Of a DNA stretch of 20,473 bases, positions 1 through 9,713 are shown in pieces. Both the position numbers and the translations under genes were made by a program. How positions within the stretch are numbered: position 1 is the first letter of the stretch; each line of letters opens with the position of its first letter. Location: the NCBI RefSeq assembly GCF_006345805.1, contig NW_021824001.1, forward strand, positions 1 through 20,473, given 5' to 3'. Below the pieces are notes generated by a model, which did not search any database, had not been told where the DNA came from, and saw only the letters and a program-made list of their open reading frames with translations. This DNA comes from Octopus sinensis. Taxonomy: Eukaryota.

Positions 1-253
1 ATCATCATCATCATCATCATCGTCATCATCATCATCATCATATCATCATCATCATCTCATCATCATCATCATCATCATCATCGTCAACATCATCATCATC
101 ATCATCATCATCATCGTCATCATCATCATCAGCGCCAACATCAGCATCATTATCATCGTCACCGTTGTTGTCGTAGTCGTCATCAACTCCATCATCATCA
201 CCACCATCGTCGTCGTCGTCGTCGTTATGATCATCAATAACAACAACAACAAC
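1..253. repeat. Degenerate (ATC)n trinucleotide microsatellite with GTC/AAC variants
   Basis: Read directly; explains the poly-D and poly-M ORFs 38..295 and 52..270. Confidence 0.97.
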
Positions 254-611
254 ATTAAGCTGCAACACAAGAAACTGGATTCTCTTTAAGCACAATCCTG
301 AAAATAATATATGCTAATTTTCTGTCATTAACATCCTATCGATTCCGAAGAGAAATGAATACGCTGATTTTTTGTTACACGAATAAATCTAAAATATTTC
401 AGCCTGCTCCGAGAAATGGATGATACCAACTTTGATTTGAAGGGAAATAATTTATCACCAAAACATGGAGTTATTTCCCTTACCATTATTTTCACTTTCT
501 CCATTCTTTTTCTTCTCTGCCTTAATTTTGCAACACATTTTAAGATTTCGTTTTTGGATTTGGTTTGCAAGATTCTTTATATGAGTTATTGTGCTGAATC
601 ATATTCTGTTG

Positions 612-894
612 TGTCTGGGGAGAATCATTTTCTTTTTGTGCCTTATAATGTAACACACTTACCGATAAAATTTCCACTTATTCTTATTTTTATTTTTCTA
701 ACATTTTCGTTGCGTCTTGCAACCTTTTCAATAGTCTTGACTATTGAAATAACGGACAGAGTCAAGACTATTGAAAAGGTTGCAAGACGCAACGGAAATT
801 TTAGGAAAATAGAAATAGGAAGAAATAAGTGGAAATTTTAGCGGTGAGTGTATTACATTATAAGGCACAAAAAGAAAATTACTCTCCCCAGACA
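612..894. repeat. Long imperfect inverted repeat (foldback): arms 612-742 and 760-894, 17-nt spacer
   Basis: Manual alignment of the left arm to the reverse complement of the right arm gives about 9 substitutions and 2 indels; the inner 35 bp are perfect (cgttgcgtcttgcaaccttttcaatagtcttgact). Confidence 0.95.
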
Positions 895-1147
895 TTTTAA
901 GATATTTGAAACATTATCGACTTCGCGCAACACTACTTTATCTTCTAATGTTTATTAAGCTTAATAATAATTAGTAACAGAAAAAGAAAGAAAGAAATAG
1001 TGTTAACGATAATGCTCCTTGTACAAGGGAAAAATCTACATCGTTTTCAGAGATTGAAAATTTTCGGTTAAATAATCCCTCCAACTTTTTATCTTTTTCT
1101 TTGTTTCTTTGTGAAAGTAATTCTGGAAAGTTTATTTCTTTTACATA

Positions 1148-1312
1148 TTTCAGTCATTTTGACTGCGGCTATGCTGGAGCGCCGCCATAAGGGGTCTTTT
1201 AGTTGAAGAAACTGACCTCAGGACTTATTCTTTGTAAGCCTAGCACTTATTCTAGCGGCCTGTTTTTGCCGAACCGCAAAGTTACGGAGACGTAAACACA
1301 CCAACACTGGTT
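1148..1312 (-). mobile_element. SINE family A, 3' half
   Basis: Reverse complement matches the 3' half of the copies at 2800, 4782 and 7764 (gtgtttacgtc-ccgtaact...ggcggcgctccagcat...aatgactgaaa). Confidence 0.85.
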
Positions 1313-1601
1313 CTGGAAATCAGCTACCCTCTGGACACCACCGTAGTTAGAATAATACTAAAGAAAGAGGACATCTATGAACCATTGATAAGGAGTCTGC
1401 AAATCCAGTACCCAAGATACACTTTTATCTTCAGACCTATTATTATTGGAGCAACAGGATGCATGCTAAGATGTCTGGAACAAAAAATGGCTGAACATAA
1501 GACCTTGGGGAAAGAATACTAATTCTTAATTCAAACACTACAAATGATCACGGTATCTAGGACTAATAAAAGGCTGCATGATCTTAAGATTTAAAATATG
1601 A
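1313..1601 (+). mobile_element. Decayed 3' end of an RLE-type non-LTR retrotransposon (R4/Dong-like restriction-like endonuclease C-terminus)
   Basis: Frameshifted translation LEISYPLDTTVVRIILKKEDIYE/PLIRSLQIQYPRYTFIFRPIIIGATGCMLRCLE resembles the recalled RLE motif 'E/D(I/V)xxPxD...K.EKY..L.......P(I/V)(I/V)(I/V)GALG'. Confidence 0.65.
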
Positions 1602-1692
1602 TGGTTAAAACAAGGTGCTTTCTTTTACAACTTTGCTACCAGGTAGGAGGCCGGTCAAAATATATTCTAAATCAAAAAGAAATAGAGTACGG

Positions 1693-1703
1693 ACACACAC
1701 ATT

Positions 1704-1773
<70 letters not shown>

Positions 1774-1776
1774 CAC
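1693..1776. repeat. (CA)n microsatellite
   Basis: Read directly. Confidence 0.97.
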
Positions 1777-2390
1777 TACCTCGTTACCGGGTAATTTTCA
1801 CAATAGAGTGCCCTGACGGATTTTCAAAATAGCACATCCACATAAGTTGGATTTTCACCGTTTTGATGGGGATTTTTCAAATTTGTTTTTCACCGACACC
1901 CTTGCAAATGATAGGAGCAGGAGAGCATTTTTATGAAAAGAATTTTATGAAAATTCAGGAATTCCCCCATCCTTCCGGAACGATTTTGATTTTGTTCACT
2001 TTTTCTTTAATTATAATTTTTCCTTTTTCTTTCTTGCCTTTTTTTTTTTTTTTTTTTGCCCTACGCACTTAAAAACAATGAGAGTCGCCTCCGTAGAAAA
2101 AAAATAAACGTTTGAAACTTTGTGAATTCTATTCAAATTTTCATATCTCTTTTTCCAACTCAATTCTAATTTTGCATTCTACCTCACCCGTTTTTTGTTG
2201 TTTTTCTTTCTTTCTTTTTTTTTTTTTACTTCGCCTTAAAACCATGGACTTAGGAACCTTGAAAGTTAAAACAAAAAATGAAAATTTTGGAAATCGGCGA
2301 CCAGCATTACTGACACCACTTTATTTTCAAACAGAAAATGAAACGTAATTTAAAAGCAATAGTGAATTTTACAAAAAAAATTTGACACAA

Positions 2391-2714
2391 CTTGAATACA
2401 GAGATCCCGATACATCTACGCAAGGGGTTTTTTGTAGTGCACACTCGTTATGGTTAGGGTTACGGTTAGTTTTAAGGTTAGTTTTAGGGTTACTTTTAGA
2501 GTTAGAGTTAGGGCTAGGGTTTAGGATTAGTTTTAGTGTTAAGGTTAAGCTTTAAGGTTAGTCTTAGAGTTAGGGTTAGGGTATAGGTTTAGTTTTAGGG
2601 TCACGGTTAGGGTTTAGGATTAGGGTTAGGGCTAGGGTTTAGATTTAGGGTTAGGGCTAGGGTTTAGGTTTAGGGTTAGGGTTACGTAGATGCGTCGAGA
2701 CCTCTGTATTTAAG
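2391..2714. mobile_element. Inverted-repeat-bounded (MITE-like) element enclosing a telomere-like array
   Basis: 2391-2423 versus the reverse complement of 2682-2714 match at 27/33, with all mismatches transitions; weaker similarity extends to about 2375 and 2730. No clear TSD seen. Confidence 0.65.
2452..2684 (+). repeat. Degenerate interstitial (TTAGGG)n-like array
   Basis: Many TTAGGG, CTAGGG, TTTAGG and TTAGAG units, becoming more canonical toward the 3' end. Confidence 0.92.
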
Positions 2715-2799
2715 TAGTACCAAAATTTTTAATACCTCCCCCACCTCACTCCTATAAATACTAAAATTTCTTCTTTTTTTCAAATTTCTTTTTTTTTTT

Positions 2800-3200
2800 A
2801 GGCGTGGGAGTGGGTGTGTGGTAAGTAGCTTGCTTACGAAGCACATGTTTCCGGGTTCAGTCCCACTGTGTGCCACCTTGTGCAAGTGTCTTCTACTATA
2901 GCCTCAGACCGACCAAAGCCTTGTAAGTGGATTTGGTAGACGGAAACTGAAAGAAGCCCGTTGTATATATGTATTATATATATATATATATATATATGTA
3001 TTTGAGTAAATGCTTGTGTGACTGTGTTTGTGCACCACCCCCAACATCACTTGATAACCGATGCTGGTGTGTTTACATCCCCGTAACCTAGCGGTTCGGC
3101 AAAAAAGAAAGATAGAATAAGTACTAGGCTTACAAAGAATAAGTCCTAGGGTCGATTTGTTCGACTAAAAAAGGCGGTGCTCCAGCAAGGTCACAGTCAG
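2800..3200 (+). mobile_element. SINE family A (tRNA-derived, Octopus OK/OR-type), near full length, with internal TA microsatellite
   Basis: A-box-like TGGGTGTGTGG, B-box-like GGTTCAGTCCC and CORE-like CCTTG(T/G)GCAAGT; collinear with the copies at 4782, 7764 and 12582. Family name is from recall. Confidence 0.9.
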
Positions 3201-3480
3201 TCAAAGAGTTATCAGTTTTAAAATACGGACAGTCCGAATCTGTTTATAATTTCAAAATAATTTTCAAACGAAAAGGTGTGTGATTTAAAGGAGATTTCGC
3301 TGTTGTTTCTAGCACATCCCACCCGCACCTGGTACCTACTTCGTTTCTTTGTCCCTGAGACATAAGCACATTTTAAGAAATGATGATGCGTTGGTGCATC
3401 GCTGAGGTAATATGCAACAGCAACAAAAATAATTTGCTATTTCAAGCTTTAACCCCCACCTCGCATCAAATAAGGTCGTG

Positions 3481-3482
3481 TG

Positions 3483-3548
<66 letters not shown>

Positions 3549-3554
3549 TGTGTG
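3481..3554. repeat. (TA)n(TG)n compound microsatellite
   Basis: Read directly. Confidence 0.97.
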
Positions 3555-3993
3555 AGGGGGGTAAGAAAAACGTATTTACTAACAGAAAAAGAATACTGTT
3601 GAAATAAATTGTCTTGTACATGCATTTTATAAATCACTCTACCGCCTTAAGGAAACCCCTTCAACACACACACACACGCACACACACACTGACAAAAATA
3701 CACACTCAGTGTGAGCGATATACTATTATAGAGTAAGTTTACTATGAGAAAGTGAAAGAGACTGACAAATGAGATAAGAGAAAGAAAGAGGGAGAGATGT
3801 TTTTGGTCGCTCTCACAGATTTTGAAATTTTGAAATTAAGCGAAAATTTTCGAATTTGGAATACTGATGTACTTCTTCACGATGAATCCGAGTTTGAAAT
3901 TCATTTATTCAAGAAAAAAATTTAGAAAAATGTAAGAAAAGTTTGATCATTTTTACACAATCAAAAAAAAAAAGAAAAAAGATTTTTGCACCT

Positions 3994-4211
3994 AAAATCG
4001 TTAGCACACCGGATAAAATGCTTCATAGCATTTCATCCGTATCTACATTCTGCATTCAAATACCACCGAGGTCGACTTTGCCTTTTGTCCTTTCGCAGTC
4101 GATAAATTAAGTACCAGTCAAGCATTGGGGTCCACGTTATCAACTATCTCATTTCCCCATAAATTCCAGGCCTTGTGCCTAAGGATTTTTATTTGTATTA
4201 TTATTATTATT
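3994..4211 (+). mobile_element. SINE family B, decayed and 5'-eroded, with (TTA)n tail
   Basis: Collinear with 11276-11506 (cgttagcac...ttcaaa...gaggtcgactttgcc...gtcgataaattaagtaccagt...tggggtc). Confidence 0.85.
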
Positions 4212-4586
4212 GCATCACTAACCTGTTTTCTTCACTGATCCACTTCCTCCACCTCGCTCAATAACAGCTGTCCGCATCTTTACTGAACCACTGCCGACCG
4301 AGATGCCTTCCCTTAAAGGTCAAACCTCATTTTCGCTGTCCCAACCAGTGTTTCGTGACAAACTCCAGTCTCTCATGATCTGAGGGTAAGGTGACTTTCT
4401 TCACCATCGTCATCACTGCTATTACTTTCCAACAGCTGACAGTTTCAAGTAACTTTCTTATTTCTTTATTGCCCACAAGGGGCTAAACACTGGAACTGTA
4501 AGAATCTGTAAAACTTTGCAGAAGTTTATCATTTAAATATATATGAGCATGTCTACAAAATACAAGCATAAAACACACAAATCTGC

Positions 4587-4649
4587 ACATACATACATAC
4601 ATACATACATACATACATACATACATACATACATACATACATACATACA

Positions 4650-4678
<29 letters not shown>
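4587..4678. repeat. (ACAT)n tetranucleotide microsatellite
   Basis: Perfect array read directly. Confidence 0.98.
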
Positions 4679-4680
<2 letters not shown>

Positions 4681-4781
4681 CCTGTTGTTGATGTTGAAAT
4701 TCCAATGAAGGAAACTTGGATCTAGGCTAGAAATCGGCTCTTTCTCTATTGGCAAGATATCTTGAAATAAAACTAGATAAT

Positions 4782-5180
4782 AGGCGTAGGAGTGGCTGTG
4801 TGGTAAGTAGCTTCGTTACCAACCACATGGTTCTGGGTTCAGTCCCACTGCGTGGCACCTTGGGCAAGTGTCTTCTACTATAGCCTCGGGCCGACCAAAG
4901 TCTTGTGAGTGGATTTAGTAGATGGAAACTGAAAGATGCCCGTGATAAATATGTATGTGTGTGGGTATATGTTTGTGTGTGTCCCCCCACATCGCTTGAC
5001 AACCGATGCTGGTGTGTTTACGTCCCCGTAACTTAGCGGTTCGGCAAAAGAGACTGATAGAATAAGTACTTGGCTTACAAAGAATAAGTTCGGGGGTCGA
5101 TTTGCTCGACCAAAGGCGTTGCTCCAGCATGGCCGCAGTTAAATGACTGAAACAAGTAAAAGAGAAAAAGAGTAAGAGTA
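4782..5180 (+). mobile_element. SINE family A, full length
   Basis: Starts AGGCGTAGGAGTGGCTGTGTGGTAAG; B-box-like GGTTCAGTCCC; ends in an (AAGAGT/AAAAG)-type tail. Confidence 0.92.
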
Positions 5181-5599
5181 ATGATATACATACAAACCCA
5201 ATCCAATCCCAAGGCTTTGTTTGGCTAAAGCTGAAGACACTTGCCCACTACATTGGGCAAGTGGCGATATCTATTGTCTGTATCGAATATGGTTCTTCTA
5301 ATATATTCTGTTTTTACTATTTCACGTTGAAGATCTGGAAATATTTATATGGAGGAACCTTGTTGAGAGGTAATTATTGTTTAGGAAAAAAAAAGTAATG
5401 ATAAATGGTCTAAGGGAGACAACTGCTCTTGTAATAATGATTTAAACTATTGTGGGGTTTGCTGCAATATCTATATTCGATTAAATCTGCACTATTTAAA
5501 TTTTTTCTTTCTTCTTTTCTTTCTATTCTTGATTCAAACCGAGGACTGCGGCCATACTGGAACACCACCGTTTTCTTTGCTACCCTTTCACTAAACCTA

Positions 5600-6105
5600 C
5601 TCTGATATGTAGCATTTGGTGAATGCCCGCATTTTTGTTTCTTGCCTCGAGGTAAGTTCATCTAGAACTCATGACAGAAGGAGATCCAGTTTTGTTTTGA
5701 AAACTCCTACGATCACTCCATATAGCCATGTAGGTCTCTCAGACTTTGTAGGACAATATTTAAGAGTTGTGGGCCCTTGAAGCCTGAACTGTTGCAATAT
5801 CTGGTCCTGTATCCTCATGACAATGTTGGGACTTTTGGTACTATGCAGTGGCCTGTCCTATTGTTTGCGTAACTGACGATGCCAAAGTTTGGCACGAGTT
5901 CTACGAAGATTTTTCCAGATGTATACTACTGCGTATCTTTCCCCGCTTTCGTCGTAGGGAGTAGAGTCTTAACCTTTTCAATCTGTCCCTGTAACGGACA
6001 TGTGTAGATCTTCTTTGTGTGGAACTCTGGATCACCTTGAGATCCGTCGTTAATTTTACAGTTTGGTAACTAGAGGTGGGGGCAGTTCGATGAGTATCGC
6101 AATCC
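5600..6105 (-). mobile_element. Decayed 3' coding end of a CR1/L2-group LINE
   Basis: Minus-strand frameshifted translation DLKVIQ...YRDRLKRLRLYSLRR...(Y)AVVYIWK...VPNFGI...GPQL.NI.P..LRDL...GVFKTKLDLLLS matches the post-RT region of CR1/L2-group ORF2 as recalled. Confidence 0.8.
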
Positions 6106-6128
6106 ATTCAGAATAATTTAATTGGGGC

Positions 6129-6190
6129 AGAATAATTTTAATTAGGGTAAGGTGAGTTTCAAATTCACCTTACCCTCATTAAATTATTCT
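6129..6190. repeat. 62-bp near-perfect palindrome
   Basis: agaataattttaattagggtaaggtgagttt-c-aaattcaccttaccctcattaaattattct; 2 substitutions and 1 indel between arms. Confidence 0.9.
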
Positions 6191-6356
6191 AAATGACTTG
6201 AGATACTTGTACTGACTGGTTTTGATTTTTCCTCTAATATAATATATACCTGCTATAACGGAGGCTTAATACGGATTCCAACTGGCGATCAACTATAGCA
6301 GTTACTCACCGTAACTATTTGTTTAGATCACCAGTGAAGTAAACCCCACATTTTCC

Positions 6357-6650
<294 letters not shown>

Positions 6651-6889
6651 TAAAAGAAAGAGGGAGAATCAGAATGAGAGAAGAGGGCATTCTCCACACA
6701 CGAAGAGTAATCACCTTGAAAATCCTGCCGTAAAGGGGAATTCTGTAACGCGAGTTTCTGATTACTTCCACGTCCATTATTGTTGTCATCCTACATAGAA
6801 GGGATGCACGGCATAAATTTGAAGTTAAAGCTTACTCGATTACGTCGTTCTCAATATTTGGCTGAGTTATCAACCACCCGAGAATTAAA

Positions 6890-7125
6890 GATGAAGTAGG
6901 TTTCGATGAGATTTGAACTCAGACACGAAATGTCACACCGCTGAGTATTTTGCCCAAAGTTTAATAATTCTAACAATACACCAACGTGCTAGATATTAAT
7001 ATTTCAACATTTACCAAAGGTTCACTTTGCCTTTCATCCTTTCGGGGTCGATTACGGACTAGGATCGATCTAATCGACTGGCCCTCTCCCGCAAAATTTA
7101 GGTCCTTGTGCTTAGAAAAAAATAT
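6890..7125. mobile_element. Two decayed SINE family B fragments in opposite orientation (about 6890-6990 minus; about 7005-7125 plus)
   Basis: gatttgaactcagacacgaaat (reverse B-box region) and actttgcctttcatcctttcggggtcgat...gatctaatcgactggccc match family B. Confidence 0.7.
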
Positions 7126-7669
7126 TTGCTAAAGCAAGCTTTTAGCTAAGGGAGATAACTTGATTAAGTTATTTCCCCTTGATAATAGTTTAACCTTAAT
7201 TCTAATACCTATACGTTCTTTTTTAATTTTCTCTTAACAACTTTATTTCTTTTACATTTTATAAACCTTATTTCATCTTCAATTCTATTTATATTCCCGA
7301 GACAGAAAGTTATGCCAGGTTGGTACAGTCGTAATATTTTCATAATTTCCCATCAACTTACAATCATTCACTTTATAACATACATTACTGTTAATTACGT
7401 TTTTAATTTTATTTCTATCACTTATATTGGTTTCAACCAGAGACTGTGGCCATACTGGGGCATAGCATTTTGTGTTTGTTTATTTGTTATTCTTTTTCCA
7501 ACTCACTTCCTGGTATTCTCTCTGGAACTCTTTCTGGTGAAGTAGTGATTTGGACAGAGCTGCTTTTCTTTGTGCTTACTGTTGCAATATTGGTTCGTTT
7601 AGTAACTTAGTTAAAAATTAAAGGTACTTGAAACCTGAGATGCTACAGTACTGGGTTCTTACTTTAGAT

Positions 7670-8293
7670 CCATGCTTCTCGAACAGGGTCCATATGGCCC
7701 TTAGGGGTCCAAACAAGATTTTGTTGTTAAAATTTATGTCCCATAAACTGATTCTACATCTACTAGCTGTGTGGTAAGTAGCTTGCTTACGAACCACATG
7801 GTTCCGGGTTCAGTCCCATTGCGTGGAACCTTGGGCAAGTGTCTTCTACTATAGCATCGGGCCGGCCAAAGCCTTGTGAGTGGATTTGGTAGACGCAAAC
7901 TAAAAGAAGCTGGTCGTATATATGTATATATATATGTGTGTATGTATGTGTGTGTATATGTTTATGTGTCTGTGTTTGTCCCTGCAACATCGCTTGACAA
8001 CTGATGCTGGTGTGTTTACGTCCCCGTAACTTAGCTGTTCGGCAAAAGAGCCCGATAGAATAAGAATAAGTCCTGAGATCGATTTGCTCGACTAAAAGGC
8101 GGTGCTCCAGCATGGTCACAGTCAAAATGACTGAAACAAGTAAAAGAGTAATATTTTAGATACAATTCTTAATAACATTTAGCAATGAAAACATAACGGA
8201 ATTTTTGAAACATCGAATGGCTATGAGGATCCACATGAGTAAAATAGGAACCAAAGGGGTTCGTGGATTTTAAAAAATGATTGAGAAACAGTG
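7670..8293. mobile_element. hAT-like non-autonomous element (MITE) interrupted by a family A SINE
   Basis: Degenerate TIRs (ccatgcttctcgaac / gattgagaaacagtg, 10/15); 8-bp TSD ctttagat (7662-7669) / atttagat (8294-8301); ggggtcc-type subterminal motifs on both sides. Confidence 0.65.
7764..8150 (+). mobile_element. SINE family A, slightly 5'-truncated, nested in the hAT MITE
   Basis: Collinear with 4782-5180; internal TA/TG tract; tail aaacaagtaaaagagtaa. Confidence 0.9.
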
Positions 8294-8670
8294 ATTTAGA
8301 TGGAGAGATATGGGATGCATGATACGATGCAGCGGTGCTACCAGTTTCTTCGCTGGTTTGTATAGATTTTAATCGGGAGTAAAACCTTCCACGGTCTTCC
8401 ACATATATATATATATATACCTTCGAAACGTAGAGTAGATGAAACCATGGCGACTGAAGAAGGGGTTTTTTCTTTGTGTTAATTGTCCTGTACTCTATTT
8501 TTGTTGTTGTTTAAAAAAATGTCCAGTTCCTTGGTTTTGTGTTTATGTTTTCGTTTCTCATTGTGTTCGACGTTTTTTTGGTGTCCTGTACTCATATATG
8601 CGTGTATATATACATGTAAAGGTAGGTACGTACATATATGTATATATATATGCATATGTTTTATTTATTA

Positions 8671-8676
8671 ATATAT

Positions 8677-8712
<36 letters not shown>
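8671..8712. repeat. (TA)n microsatellite serving as the mariner target site
   Basis: Read directly. Confidence 0.95.
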
Positions 8713-8716
<4 letters not shown>

Positions 8717-9256
8717 GTTGTCCGGAAAGTTCGTGCCGATTTATAGTAGGTTACCTTTCGACTTATTTTAGAAATGGTTGAGTCCATAAAATAGGATTTG
8801 ACTACACCTTCCATCTTCGTGGAAGAAGGTTTATGTTCCTATAATCTGTGTTAATTCTGTAACTCTTTAAAATGGAAAATATAAGAAAGTTCATTTTCGG
8901 CACTTGATGCTTTGGGAACCAGACAAAAATTGCTGCAGCTTGTCTGGGATCTGTTACCCCACCCTACATATTCACCAGATATTGCTCCTTCGGATTTCCA
9001 TTTATTCAGGTATCTGCAGAATAGTCTTAATGGTAAAAATTTCAATTCCTTGGATGACGTAAAAAGATACCTTGAGGAATTCTTTGCCATGAAACCACCT
9101 CAATTCTGGGAAAAGGGTATTTTTATGTTAAAGGAAAGATGGAGACGCATTGTGCAACAAAATGGTTCATATTTCGTTGATTAAAAATGTAATGGCATGT
9201 ATTTATTGACTTTTTCTTTCCTTTAAAAATCGGCACGAACTTTCTGGACAGCCCAA
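8713..9256 (+). mobile_element. Internally deleted mariner transposon (544 bp)
   Basis: 30-bp TIRs 8713-8742 and 9227-9256 match at 28/30; TA on both flanks; contains transposase N- and C-terminal remnants. Confidence 0.95.
8872..9184 (+). pseudogene. Mariner transposase remnant: N-terminal MEN(K)KVHFRHLMLW joined out of frame to C-terminal TRQKLLQL...PHPTYSPDIAPSDFHLFR...W
   Basis: YSPDIAPSD is the diagnostic mariner motif around the third catalytic Asp. HTH and the first two Asp residues are deleted, so it is non-functional. Confidence 0.9.
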
Positions 9257-9266
9257 TATATACATA

Positions 9267-9713
9267 CTAGCAGTATAGCCCAGCGTTGCTCAGGTTCATT
9301 TTTTAGTTGCGCTTAAAACGGTAGACTTTGATGTCGCGTTAACAAAGTTTTGACATAGTTTCAATATATTTTTTAAAGTAAAAATTTTGCATTATATAGC
9401 TTGTTATTCTCTTTAAGTGAACATGTTTCTGGTTGAAATACACCGAAAAATGGCGACACAGCAGTAAAAAAATCGTAAAAATTAGGGATTTTCATAGAAA
9501 AAAAGCACCTATTTGATGTAAACAATTAAATAGTCCGATTTGAATTTTTTTCTGCTACGGAATGAAGAGCAAGCCTTCTTCTATCATACTCTCAATTTTG
9601 GTCAACTTGCGCCGCAGGGTCTCGGAGGAGATAGTGTTAGTTGAAGGCTACCAAACCTGCCCCCTACCACCACCACACACACACACAGACAACTTCAGCT
9701 TTATAGATAGAGA
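9267..9713 (-). mobile_element. Non-autonomous Helitron H1
   Basis: Minus strand: 5' A|TCTCTATCTATAAAG; 3' subterminal hairpin-like CCTGAGCAACGCTGGGC then CTAG|T; A-T target, no TSD. Confidence 0.88.

Noticed and set aside
38-295. Asp-rich and Met-rich ORFs
   Set aside because: Translations of the ATC microsatellite; no coding evidence.
328-841. 141-aa plus-strand ORF (416-841) and minus-strand ORF (328-570) with a faint resemblance to a Penelope RT-EN linker (PCFGDKLFPFKSKLV...)
   Set aside because: The plus ORF runs through the AT-rich foldback and has no recognisable domain. The Penelope resemblance rests on a few residues, with no RT or GIY-YIG motif nearby.
2452-2684. True telomere or chromosome-fusion site
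   Set aside because: The array is short, degenerate, single-orientation and enclosed by inverted repeats; there is no head-to-head TTAGGG/CCCTAA junction.
4382-4396. gagggtaaggtga also present in the 6129-6190 palindrome
   Set aside because: A 13-14-bp match with no flanking homology; treated as chance.
4222-4436. Possible minus-strand host exon (donor-like CAG|GTTAGT near 4222) or acidic piggyBac-like N-terminus (LLESNSSDDDGEESH)
   Set aside because: All three frames contain stops, the acceptor is poor, and no TTAA/TIR or catalytic region is visible.
6735-6800. Minus-strand GGATGA...GAAACTCGCGT resembling a hammerhead with a palindromic stem III
   Set aside because: The CUGANGA core has two mismatches and stem II cannot be formed; not supportable.
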